DNA of 64,000 nt from a virus (Duplodnaviria; Caudoviricetes): positions 1 through 64,000 of IMG/VR virus record IMGVR_UViG_3300030330_004154; one strand, given 5' to 3'. Below are positions 18,738 through 27,915 of this stretch, piece by piece (the first letter of the stretch is position 1; every line of letters begins with the position of its first letter). A model generated the notes under the pieces. The model had not been told where the DNA came from. It saw nothing but the letters and a program-made list of their open reading frames with translations, and did not search any database. The translations under genes were made by a program, and so were the position numbers.

Positions 18738-19650
18738 AGTTCTTATGACGGGTTGCGCTGGCTTTATTGGTGGACATGCCTTAGAGTGGTTCTTGAAAAA
18801 GGGTTGCGAAGTAATAGGTGTTGATAAAATGACCTACGCTTCAAATTGCTCGGTTTTAAAAGTGCATCCTAGATTTAAGTTTTATCAAGCTGACGTGTGT
18901 CAAACGTCAGCCATCAAAAGGATAGCAAAAGAAAATAATGTTAACTGCATAGTACACTTCGCCGCAGAATCTCATGTGGACAACTCTATACTGGGGAATA
19001 ACTGCTTTATAGATACTAATATTACTGGGACGAAATCGTTGATGGAAGTTTGTAAAGATTTAGAAATCAACATGTGTCACATATCTACAGACGAAGTTTA
19101 TGGTCCAATCTCAAGCGGATCTTTCAGCGAAGAAGATAAACTGTCACCACAAAATTTCTATTCTGCGACAAAGGCAGCGGCTGAACATATAGTTTGCGCT
19201 TACTCAAACACGTTTGATATTGACTACGTTATGATTAGAATGAGCAACAATTATGGACCTAGACAAAATAAAGAAAAATTTATACCAACTATATTGAATT
19301 CCATAAAGAAAGGTATTAAAATACCCTTATATGGTGATGGACAAAATATTAGAGATTGGATTTATGTAAAGGATTCTGTTAAGATAATATATAATATACT
19401 ACAGTCTGCCAACTTTAATAAAGAAGTATACAACGTAACGTTTAAAGACGAAAGAAACAATATAGATGTTATATCAGAAATATTAAATTATTTTAATTTG
19501 ACCTTAGAAGATTCTGTAGAATTTGTAAAAGACAGGCTGGGTCACGACTCAAGGTATAGCATAACTAACGATAAAATGCTTGAGTTTGTTGATTTTAAAC
19601 CTACAGACTTTGAATCTGGAATACAAGAAACAATAAAATACTATTCATAA
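18724..19650 (+). CDS. rmlB: dTDP-glucose 4,6-dehydratase
   Basis: TGCAGFIG, DKMTYA, HFAAESHVD, ISTDEVYG, YSATK, NNYGPRQ, RLGHD.RY. Confidence 0.93.
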   Translation: MKKNKVLMTGCAGFIGGHALEWFLKKGCEVIGVDKMTYASNCSVLKVHPRFKFYQADVCQTSAIKRIAKENNVNCIVHFAAESHVDNSILGNNCFIDTNITGTKSLMEVCKDLEINMCHISTDEVYGPISSGSFSEEDKLSPQNFYSATKAAAEHIVCAYSNTFDIDYVMIRMSNNYGPRQNKEKFIPTILNSIKKGIKIPLYGDGQNIRDWIYVKDSVKIIYNILQSANFNKEVYNVTFKDERNNIDVISEILNYFNLTLEDSVEFVKDRLGHDSRYSITNDKMLEFVDFKPTDFESGIQETIKYYS

Positions 19651-19659
19651 GGAATTATA

Positions 19660-20532
19660 ATGGAACATAGAAGCAGTTATTTAGATGAGTATAAAATAGA
19701 AGGCGCTGTTAACTTAGATGGAAACCCTTGTTTTGAATCAGAAGATACATTTACTTCTTTTCAAGAAAAACTAGAAGAATTTAAACAGTTGTTAGTAAGT
19801 GTGGTTGATGAATCTAAGTCACTTACATTTTACAAGTTTGGAGATGGAGACTACCATTTCCTAAAACAAAATGCCATTGGCAGTGCTGCGCCGGGAAGAA
19901 GAGCGTTATCTAGAAGTTATGGAAATATAAAACATGAAGAGTTTGTAGACGGTTGCAAACTTTGCGATTACTACACTTGTGAAATTTATCCACAAAACCG
20001 TAGTCTATTTAAAGAAGTTATAGGTAGGGATGCTGACTACCCGGCAGAATTTGTTTACGGATTAACATCTAACGGCTGGCTTACAAAAACATTTGCTGGG
20101 CAAATTGGAATAATAGGCGCAGAGCAAAAAGTTAGTCTAATAAAATCAATGATGGAAAAACAAGAGTATAAAGAATATTTAGGGTTAGATAGCTTTGAAG
20201 ACTACCTTCATGTACCACAGCGATTTGCTTGTGACGACATTGACGCAACTGAAAAAATGATTGCAGACCAATTAGTTCAATCAAAGTCTAAAATTTTCCT
20301 GTTAGGTTTTGGGCATGTAAAATCTGCCCTTCTACATAGATTAAAGAAGTATAAAGATGCTATATTCCTTGATGTTGGGTCTAGTATAGACGCTTTAGCT
20401 GGAATTGTAGATCACAACAGGCCGTACATGGGCAAGTGGATTAATCACAGGGTTCAAGATTTTGACTACTCTTCTTTAGATATATTGCAATATGATATAT
20501 GGAATACGCCTTATAAAATGATGGAGAACTGA
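19660..20532 (+). CDS. Hypothetical protein, GT-D fold (DUF1792)-like
   Basis: FYKFGDGD resembles the GT-D R.GDGE motif; C-terminal FLDVGS. Confidence 0.5.
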   Translation: MEHRSSYLDEYKIEGAVNLDGNPCFESEDTFTSFQEKLEEFKQLLVSVVDESKSLTFYKFGDGDYHFLKQNAIGSAAPGRRALSRSYGNIKHEEFVDGCKLCDYYTCEIYPQNRSLFKEVIGRDADYPAEFVYGLTSNGWLTKTFAGQIGIIGAEQKVSLIKSMMEKQEYKEYLGLDSFEDYLHVPQRFACDDIDATEKMIADQLVQSKSKIFLLGFGHVKSALLHRLKKYKDAIFLDVGSSIDALAGIVDHNRPYMGKWINHRVQDFDYSSLDILQYDIWNTPYKMMEN

Positions 20533-21347
20533 TGAAAATTTACATAGAAGGTTATGCTCATCACAAAAATGAGGCAGGAATAGATTTACTAAGATCTCAA
20601 GGCTTTGACTTTGATAGAACTTACAACTCTGACGTTAAGTATGATCAAATACATATACTTGATAAAATAAAAAAGATTGAAGGTCAAGATTGCAACCATG
20701 TATACGGCCCGCACTTTTATCACCTTAGCATGGAGCATTATGACTTTTCTGAAAACGAATATATGAACTGTTTGTCAGAATGGAATAAAGATCTGACGCA
20801 CATGATTAGACCAGAGATAAGATGTACAACTCTTCCATTTCCTGTAGATGTTGATAAATTTTTACCTAAAGACAAAACTGGCAAACCAGTAATTTATTTT
20901 AAACACAGAGACCCAAGTATTTTAAAAGAAGTTGTTGATTACTTTGGCAGTGAATTTATTGTGGCTCAGTATGGATCTTACAATGAAAGTAACTACTTAG
21001 AAGCAATTAGTCAAGCTCCGTATTGTATTTGGATTGGCTCTCATGAAAGTCAAGGTTTTGCATTCCAAGAAGCAATGAGTTGCGATACGCCTATCTATGT
21101 TATAAATGTAAGATCTTTGCGTGACGAATGGGGTGCAACTATCTGGAGGAACTTTTTACCGGGACATGATTTACCAGCGACAACTGCCTCTTCTTTTTCA
21201 GATGATTGCGGCCTAATTACTTATGTAGAAAGTTGGAGGGAGGATTTTGATAAATTTATGTCTAATATTAAAGACTATTCACCTAGACAATTTGTTTTAG
21301 ATAACCTTTCGCCCAAAGCGTGTGCGCAAAAATGGAGAGACTTATGA
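20532..21347 (+). CDS. GT-B glycosyltransferase-like protein
   Basis: PFPVD..KF.P, IYFKHR, HESQGFAFQEAMSCDTP, YSPRQFV..NLS. Confidence 0.78.
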   Translation: MKIYIEGYAHHKNEAGIDLLRSQGFDFDRTYNSDVKYDQIHILDKIKKIEGQDCNHVYGPHFYHLSMEHYDFSENEYMNCLSEWNKDLTHMIRPEIRCTTLPFPVDVDKFLPKDKTGKPVIYFKHRDPSILKEVVDYFGSEFIVAQYGSYNESNYLEAISQAPYCIWIGSHESQGFAFQEAMSCDTPIYVINVRSLRDEWGATIWRNFLPGHDLPATTASSFSDDCGLITYVESWREDFDKFMSNIKDYSPRQFVLDNLSPKACAQKWRDL

Positions 21348-22126
21348 TTAATATGACTGTAATGGGAGGTCTTGGCAATCAGTTATTTCAATGGGCCTGC
21401 GCTAGAAATCTACAGGAGGAACATGGACACTACATAAAATATGATTACAATTTCTATAAAGGTCAAAGTTGGAGAAAATTACATTTAGATGAATTTAAGA
21501 ATTTAGTATTTAATACTGTAGAAGAAAACTTTACCCTTGGCGAAGTAAATGTAGGAGATTCATTTAACTATAGAAACTTTTGTACATATGATTACTCTCA
21601 AACTCAAAGGCAATACAATTTATATGGATACTGGCAATCAGAGAAATATTTTAAAGAAAATGAAGATGTAGTAAGAAACAATCTTGACATTGACGAAGAT
21701 ACAAAGTATTATATTAGTAATAAATATCCATTTGTAGATAATGAACAAGTTGCTTCTGTCCATATAAGAAGGACTGATTATGTTTCTTCAAATGGCTATC
21801 ATCCCGTTCAGCCAATATCATATTACGAAGAAGCGTTAGGCCACATTGATTGTGAAAGAATAGTTGTATTTTCTGACGACATAGGTTGGTGTAAAGAAAA
21901 CCTACAATTTAATAACATGACTTTTTCAGAAGATAACACAAATATACAAGACTTATATTTAATGAGCATGTGCCAAAATAATGTTATTGCTAATAGTAGT
22001 TTTAGTTGGTGGGCGGCTTGGTTGAATAAAAATACAGACAAAAGAGTTGTGGCTCCATCTAAATGGTTTGGACCGGGAGCGCCAAGTAGTCAAGACATAA
22101 TCCCAGAAGATTGGATCACAATTTAG
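21344..22126 (+). CDS. Alpha-1,2-fucosyltransferase (GT11)
   Basis: GGLGNQLFQ, GYWQSEKYF, VHIRRTDY, FSDD..WC, IANSSFSWWAAWL. Confidence 0.93.
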   Translation: MINMTVMGGLGNQLFQWACARNLQEEHGHYIKYDYNFYKGQSWRKLHLDEFKNLVFNTVEENFTLGEVNVGDSFNYRNFCTYDYSQTQRQYNLYGYWQSEKYFKENEDVVRNNLDIDEDTKYYISNKYPFVDNEQVASVHIRRTDYVSSNGYHPVQPISYYEEALGHIDCERIVVFSDDIGWCKENLQFNNMTFSEDNTNIQDLYLMSMCQNNVIANSSFSWWAAWLNKNTDKRVVAPSKWFGPGAPSSQDIIPEDWITI

Positions 22127-22134
22127 AGGTACAA

Positions 22135-23076
22135 ATGAGAGTATTAGTAACAGGAGCAACTGGTTTTCTTGGTAAAAACTTAATAGAGTACTTGCCAAAC
22201 TATTTGGATCGAGACTACAGTATCTCTGGAATAGGATCTATGAATTACGATCTAAGAAACCAACATGCTTGTCGTAAAGCGTTAGAATATTATAATCCAG
22301 ATGTAATTGTACATGCGGCAGGCACTGTTGGAGGCATTGGAGCTAATAAAGAAAATCCCGGTAGATTTATGTATGATAATCTTATTATGGGTACAAATTT
22401 AATTGAAGAAGCTAGAAATCAAATGGTTCCTAGATTTATATTACTTGGAACAGTCTGCTCTTACCCAAAATTTTCGCCCGTTCCGTTTGATGAAAACAAC
22501 ATATGGGAAGGCTACCCAGAAGAAACTAATGCGCCTTACGGAATAGCTAAAAAGACGCTTATGCGCCTCTTGCAAGCCTACGGAGAGCAATATGGTATGA
22601 GAGGTGCTAATTTAATTCCAGTCAACATGTACGGCCCACACGACCACTTTAATCTCACTAGTAGTCATGTTATTCCGGCTCTTATTCTTAAATTTTATGA
22701 CGCTATAAAAAATGGAAAAAACATGGTAGAAATTTGGGGTACAGGAAAAGCTTCTAGAGAATTTCTGTATGTTTCAGATTGCGCTGAAGCAATTGCTAAA
22801 GCTATAAAAGTAGAACCGGGACTAAGACCTATAAATATAGGAACGGGTAAAGAAATAACAATAAAAGAATTGGTAGAAGAAATATCTGAACAAATGGGCT
22901 ATCAAGGTTTTCTAAAATTTAATTCAGACAAACCAGATGGACAACCTAGACGATGCCTAGATACCTCAAAAGCTAAAAAATTACTAGGCTTTGAAGCAAA
23001 AACAGATTTACAAACAGGATTAAAACAAACCATAGAGTGGTTTTTAAACGATAACAATTGGGAGAAAAACGTATGA
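22135..23076 (+). CDS. fcl: GDP-L-fucose synthase
   Basis: TGATGFLG, AGTVGGIGAN, GTVCSYPK, YGIAKK, NMYGPHD, SHVIPALI, WGTG.ASREFLYV, KPDGQPRR. Confidence 0.93.
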   Translation: MRVLVTGATGFLGKNLIEYLPNYLDRDYSISGIGSMNYDLRNQHACRKALEYYNPDVIVHAAGTVGGIGANKENPGRFMYDNLIMGTNLIEEARNQMVPRFILLGTVCSYPKFSPVPFDENNIWEGYPEETNAPYGIAKKTLMRLLQAYGEQYGMRGANLIPVNMYGPHDHFNLTSSHVIPALILKFYDAIKNGKNMVEIWGTGKASREFLYVSDCAEAIAKAIKVEPGLRPINIGTGKEITIKELVEEISEQMGYQGFLKFNSDKPDGQPRRCLDTSKAKKLLGFEAKTDLQTGLKQTIEWFLNDNNWEKNV

Positions 23077-23510
23077 ACATAGCATATTACATAAATCAGA
23101 TTAACCAAGAAGAGAAAACGACAGAGCTTTTTAATAAGATGAATGAGGATCTAGAAAATGGCGCCATTGACAACGGGTCTGTATTCTATAAAGAAGTTGG
23201 ACCAAGCGAAGTTCAACCAAAATTTGGAATGTTTAACTCCACAGAGATTTGGCATTTCACAGGAACACTAATCGCAACAAGCATGGAAACTTTTTTAGAC
23301 GCAATCAAAGCTATAAACAAGTACAGTCTTGCTTATTTATTTTACGGTGATGTCAAGCATGATGTTTTTGCATTGATAGGTATATCTAAAAATACAAAAA
23401 TCTTAACAACAACAGAAGATGACCAAAAAGAAGTTTATAGACTTACTGGTAAAAAGCCAATTCTTATAGAAGATGTAAGCCCATCAAGAATACAAAAGGC
23501 GCTGGGATGA
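23073..23510 (+). CDS. Hypothetical protein (145 aa)
   Basis: ATGA-coupled on both sides; no recognisable motif. Confidence 0.6.
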   Translation: MNIAYYINQINQEEKTTELFNKMNEDLENGAIDNGSVFYKEVGPSEVQPKFGMFNSTEIWHFTGTLIATSMETFLDAIKAINKYSLAYLFYGDVKHDVFALIGISKNTKILTTTEDDQKEVYRLTGKKPILIEDVSPSRIQKALG

Positions 23511-24271
23511 AAGATTTTGAACAAAAAGTAATTAGTTTGTACCAAAAAGACGATAAAAGTACATATCAAATTGCAGAAGAACTAAATACATACCCTAATA
23601 AGATTAGACGTGTGCTAATAAAGCATGGCGTTGAGATCAAAGATAGGAGTGCAGCCCAAAAGCTTGCTCTTAAAAAGGGTAGAAGTAAGCACCCTACAGA
23701 CGGAACAAAGCGCACAGAAGAAACTAAAATTAAAATTAGCTCACAGCTTGTAAAGCACTGGGACGATCTAGACGATAAAGAAAGAAAAAGAAGATCTCTA
23801 GAGTCTAAGAAACGCTGGAATAATATGCCAAAATCTAAACAGCAAGAAATTAGAAGCAAGGCGACTCAAGCCATTCGCGTTTCTGCTGTGGAAGGATCTA
23901 AAATGGAAAGGCACATTGCAACAGAAGTTAGAAAACTAGGATATAAGGTAGAGCTACATAAAAAAATAATTTCTGCTGAAAATTTAGAAGTTGACCTTTA
24001 CATTCCAGAATTAAACACTATAATTGAAGTAGATGGTCCGTCACACTTCTATCCCATTTGGGGACAAGAAAAGTTAGAAAAACAGATGAATGCTGACCTT
24101 AGAAAAAGTGGTGCTTTGCTTAGTAAAGGATATGCTATTTTAAGGATCAAATCTTGCGGAGAAGAGTCTTTGTCAGAAAAGAACAGATTAACAAATATTG
24201 TACTTGAAAAAATTAAGGATATAGGGTATAACTTCCCTGTACGATCCAAACGCTTTATTGAGGTTGAATAA
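23507..24271 (+). CDS. Putative free-standing endonuclease: HTH + NUMOD3-like basic region + DUF559/Vsr-like nuclease domain
   Basis: STYQIAEELNTYPNKIRRVL (HTH); GTKRTEETKIKIS (NUMOD3-like); EVDLYIPEL..IIEVDGPSHF..D.RK..L..GYAILRI. Confidence 0.75.
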   Translation: MKDFEQKVISLYQKDDKSTYQIAEELNTYPNKIRRVLIKHGVEIKDRSAAQKLALKKGRSKHPTDGTKRTEETKIKISSQLVKHWDDLDDKERKRRSLESKKRWNNMPKSKQQEIRSKATQAIRVSAVEGSKMERHIATEVRKLGYKVELHKKIISAENLEVDLYIPELNTIIEVDGPSHFYPIWGQEKLEKQMNADLRKSGALLSKGYAILRIKSCGEESLSEKNRLTNIVLEKIKDIGYNFPVRSKRFIEVE

Positions 24272-25029
24272 TGAAAGATGATTTGTTTGAAGATGTAGAG
24301 TTGGCTAGCCCGTCTAATACTAACACCGCCGTAAAAGATGTTATTGATGACGGATCTCCAATGCCAACTGATCCAAAATGGAACGATTATGTCTTGAGCT
24401 TGTTTGAAGAAAACGAGCTATTTGATAAAATGCCGTTGACAAACGGACTGCGTAGAGTAGCTGAACTGCTTATGGGTAGAATTGTTTTTAGTGGCCCTTC
24501 TCAGGTGTTTCCGCCTCAAAGCGGGAATGAGATTGGTAGGTCAACTGTTATTTGGAAAATACAGTTTGAAGACGGCTCTACTTTTTGTGACGTTGCTGAC
24601 TCTTGGGAGGGCAATACAGACGACATGTTTTGCGTCTACAGCACCGCCACAGCAGCAACGCGAGCAGAAGGGCGCGCTTTGAGAAAAGCCCTCAGACTAC
24701 GAGTAGTGGCCGCAGAAGAGGTCACAAAGAAAGACACTGCTAAAATTGCTCAAGACATCAGTAAAAAGAAGGGTCTTGACGTAAGCAGTAGCGAATATGA
24801 TTCCAGCGGTACTATGACTGGACCGCAGGCTAACTTTATTGACGGTAAATCAAAACAATTAAATGTTGATGCTCAGAAGGTTTTAAAGGAGGTTGCAAAT
24901 GTAGTAAATATTAGTAAAACTACAAAGAAACAAGCAAGTGATGTTATTGAAAAGTTGAATGAATATCAACAAAAGAAAGACACTATTCCCACAGATTTTA
25001 TTGGATATAACCAAGATTGGAGAAACTAA
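24271..25029 (+). CDS. Putative Rad52/Sak-like single-strand annealing protein
   Basis: GLRRVAELL and ATAATRAEGRALRKAL resemble the conserved helix of Rad52-like SSAPs; C-terminal T.PQ..FI...ASDVIEKL module. Confidence 0.55.
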   Translation: MKDDLFEDVELASPSNTNTAVKDVIDDGSPMPTDPKWNDYVLSLFEENELFDKMPLTNGLRRVAELLMGRIVFSGPSQVFPPQSGNEIGRSTVIWKIQFEDGSTFCDVADSWEGNTDDMFCVYSTATAATRAEGRALRKALRLRVVAAEEVTKKDTAKIAQDISKKKGLDVSSSEYDSSGTMTGPQANFIDGKSKQLNVDAQKVLKEVANVVNISKTTKKQASDVIEKLNEYQQKKDTIPTDFIGYNQDWRN

Positions 25030-25364
25030 TGAGAGTAAATTATACTACTAAAAATGGTCGCGTTTCTGTAGAGTTGAACGGAGATACTCAGCGTGAGATC
25101 TTTGAGCAGCTTTCTAATTTCCAAGAGGTTTTTGACGAAACCGTTTGTGGAAAATGCGGAAGTGACGATGTTAGGTTTGTAGTCAGGAATGTCGATGACA
25201 ACCTTTACTACGAACTAAAATGTAACGACTGTGGCGCAAAGCTTGCGTTTGGCGTTATGAAAAAAGGCGGTGGACTGTTCCCGAAACGTAAGGATAAAGA
25301 AGGCAACTGGTTGCCAAATCGCGGATGGGTTAAGTACAATCCTAAAACGGGTCAGGAAGAATAG
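25029..25364 (+). CDS. Zn-ribbon protein
   Basis: CGKCGS and CNDCGA pairs; C-terminal LFPKRKD..G.W...GW. Confidence 0.7.
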   Translation: MRVNYTTKNGRVSVELNGDTQREIFEQLSNFQEVFDETVCGKCGSDDVRFVVRNVDDNLYYELKCNDCGAKLAFGVMKKGGGLFPKRKDKEGNWLPNRGWVKYNPKTGQEE

Positions 25365-25376
25365 TGTTTAAGTCTT

Positions 25377-25396
25377 AATAACTAGTATTAGTTATT
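25377..25396. repeat. 8-bp AT-rich inverted repeat
   Basis: AATAACTA-gtat-TAGTTATT in the intergenic gap. Confidence 0.55.
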
Positions 25397-25415
25397 CACA
25401 GAGTTACACTATTAT

Positions 25416-25448
25416 AGACCCCACCTTCATTGGTGGGGTCTTTGTGTT
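25416..25448 (+). terminator. Hairpin, probable intrinsic terminator
   Basis: Perfect 10-bp stem AGACCCCACC-ttcatt-GGTGGGGTCT followed by an imperfect T-tract (TTGTGTT). Confidence 0.7.
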
Positions 25449-25474
25449 CATAACAGAATAAGCAAGGAATATAA

Positions 25475-26332
25475 ATGAAAATTGTAAGCGGTAAAAAATA
25501 CTTGGTGACAGGCGGCAGTGGATTTCTTGGTTTTAAATTAATAGAAAGAATTTTACAAGCTGGCGGAAGTGTTTCTACAATTTCTAGAAATGAAGGAAAA
25601 CTAATACAGCTAAAACAAAGTTTCCCCGATATAAAAATTTACACTGGCGATGTCTGTGACCCTCTGGACGTGCGTCAAGCTATGAAAGGTTGTAATGGCG
25701 TTTTTCATCTAGCCGCATATAAGCATGTTGGCTTGGCAGAGTCTTATTCCAGAGAATGTACTAGATCTAATGTTATTGGTAGTCTTAATGTTTTAGAGCG
25801 CTCTGCTGAACTGGGTTGCGATTTTAATCTAGGTATAAGCACAGACAAGGCAGTTCAAGTAAGTGGTATTTATGGGGCCAGCAAACTAATCATGGAAGGT
25901 TTGTATAGACAGTTTGAGAAAAATTACCCCAACACAAAGTTTAGACAGGTTCGATATGGTAATGTTTTGTATTCAACAGGATCTGTGCTATGTAAATGGA
26001 GAGACTTATTAAAAGAAGGCAAGGAGGTTGTTGTAACCGACCCAAGTGCGACACGCTTTTTTTGGACGATTGATTCTGCTGTAGATTTAATTTTTGAATG
26101 CTTGAAAGTTTCAGAGTCTTCTGATCCATACGTCCCAGATATGAAGTCTATGTCTGTCGGTGACTTGCTGCAAGCTATGGCAAACAAATACTTGCCCGAT
26201 GGAGCGGAGTTGAAGATAAAAACTATTGGCCTGCAAGTAGGAGAAAATTTGCATGAAAAGGTTCATAGTGACGGTAGAGACTCTTCTCAGGTAGAAAGAT
26301 TTACGATAGAAGAAATAATGGAGTTGATATAG
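25475..26332 (+). CDS. UDP-sugar 4,6-dehydratase, PseB/FnlA/CapD family
   Basis: TGGSGFLG, GDV.D, VFHLAAYKHV, STDKA, YGASK, RYGNV..STGSV, TRFF, GENLHE. Confidence 0.88.
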   Translation: MKIVSGKKYLVTGGSGFLGFKLIERILQAGGSVSTISRNEGKLIQLKQSFPDIKIYTGDVCDPLDVRQAMKGCNGVFHLAAYKHVGLAESYSRECTRSNVIGSLNVLERSAELGCDFNLGISTDKAVQVSGIYGASKLIMEGLYRQFEKNYPNTKFRQVRYGNVLYSTGSVLCKWRDLLKEGKEVVVTDPSATRFFWTIDSAVDLIFECLKVSESSDPYVPDMKSMSVGDLLQAMANKYLPDGAELKIKTIGLQVGENLHEKVHSDGRDSSQVERFTIEEIMELI

Positions 26333-27915
26333 TGAAAATAGCAGGCTTTTGCTCAAGTCATGATTGTTCATATTGCATTTTAGAAAATGGAGTGCCTATT
26401 GTTCACAACGAGTTAGAGCGATTTATTAGAGAGAAAGAGCCTACAGCTGACGCTTTTAAATTCATGATTAATTCTGGTGAAAATCTAGATGAAGTTAAAC
26501 ACTTTACGCATTGTTTTGATACATGGAATGGCGGAATTGAAAGAAGGTTTCCTGATTCATTTAGAAAAATGAAAGACATTCTTAAACGAAATGGCGGAAG
26601 GTATTACATTCCCGGTCATCATCAATCTCATGCTGCAAATGCGTTTTTCTCTAGCAATTACGATGAAGCTCTAATCATTACGGTAGATGGAGGCGGTAGA
26701 GATTATGGCCCAAAGGGAGAAATGATTATCACTAACTTTACCGTCTGGGAAGGTAAGCAAAATAAGATTTCAGCTATAGACATTGTTGACGGGACTAAAT
26801 TAAATATTGGAACTGCTTGGTCCTCAGTTACAGGGCAAGCTTTTGGGTTATCCACTGGACATCCCCAAGGAAATCAAGCAGGCACAGTAATGGCAATGGC
26901 ATGTATGGGCGAGCCAAAATATCTTGACGTTTTCCTAAATGCAGGACTGCGCGGGTCTACAGGACTTGACTTTGCATACCTAAAAAGTATAGTTGATAAA
27001 AGTGAACAAGACGCTTTTGATGTAGCGGCATCTTTACAGGTAGCCACTGAAATAACAATTAAAAATTGGTTTGCTAAGTATTTAGAAAAACATCCATACA
27101 AATACCTTTGTCTGTCGGGTGGCGTTGTTCTTAATTCTGTTATGGTTGGTAAACTCTATGAGTGGTTTCCTGAGCTAGAGGGAATTTATGTTTGCCCTGT
27201 ACCATACGACGCCGGTCTTGCTATAGGCGCTGCTCAATACGTTTGGCATCATGTTCTGGACAACCCAAGAATAAACTGGGAGGACAATGCAACACCTTAT
27301 TTGGGACGCCCCGTTGACAGCAAAAAAATTATAGAAATAACTCAAAACTATTCTGAAAAGGTTAAGTATAAACAGGCAACAGACGATGACGTTGTTAACT
27401 TGTTGTTGCAAGATGGCAATGTTATATCTGTCTTTAATGGTGGCTCAGAATCTGGACGTAGAGCGCTGGGAAATAGAAGTATTTTAGCAGACCCAAGAAA
27501 CCCATCTATGAAAAATGTCTTAAATGAAAAGGTTAAACATAGACAGTGGTTTAGGCCATTTGCTCCATCTATACTAAGGGATCATGTCAAGGATTGGTTT
27601 ATTAGAGATGTAGACAGTCCATACATGACTAAGGTAATAAAGTTTAAAGATTCTGTGGTGGATCAGGTTCCTGCCGTAGCTCATTATGATAACTCTGCTA
27701 GACTACAGACAGTTACTCGTAAAGACAACCCTTGGTATTACGGCTTGATTGAAAAATTTTATCAAAAAACTGGAGTTCCCATATTATTAAATACAAGCTT
27801 CAACGATAGAGAACCTATTGTCGAATTGCCAGAACACGCGCTGGATTGTTTTTTAAAGACAAATATTGATTACCTTTACTTTTCGGACGCCGGAATTATT
27901 GTGGAGAAATTATAA
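26332..27915 (+). CDS. Carbamoyltransferase (NodU/CmcH family)
   Basis: SHD, ELERF.R.K, HHQSHAANAF, DGGG, SGGVVLN, E.GRRALGNRSILADP, KHRQWFRPFAP, LNTSFN; GTG start. Confidence 0.93.
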   Translation: MKIAGFCSSHDCSYCILENGVPIVHNELERFIREKEPTADAFKFMINSGENLDEVKHFTHCFDTWNGGIERRFPDSFRKMKDILKRNGGRYYIPGHHQSHAANAFFSSNYDEALIITVDGGGRDYGPKGEMIITNFTVWEGKQNKISAIDIVDGTKLNIGTAWSSVTGQAFGLSTGHPQGNQAGTVMAMACMGEPKYLDVFLNAGLRGSTGLDFAYLKSIVDKSEQDAFDVAASLQVATEITIKNWFAKYLEKHPYKYLCLSGGVVLNSVMVGKLYEWFPELEGIYVCPVPYDAGLAIGAAQYVWHHVLDNPRINWEDNATPYLGRPVDSKKIIEITQNYSEKVKYKQATDDDVVNLLLQDGNVISVFNGGSESGRRALGNRSILADPRNPSMKNVLNEKVKHRQWFRPFAPSILRDHVKDWFIRDVDSPYMTKVIKFKDSVVDQVPAVAHYDNSARLQTVTRKDNPWYYGLIEKFYQKTGVPILLNTSFNDREPIVELPEHALDCFLKTNIDYLYFSDAGIIVEKL

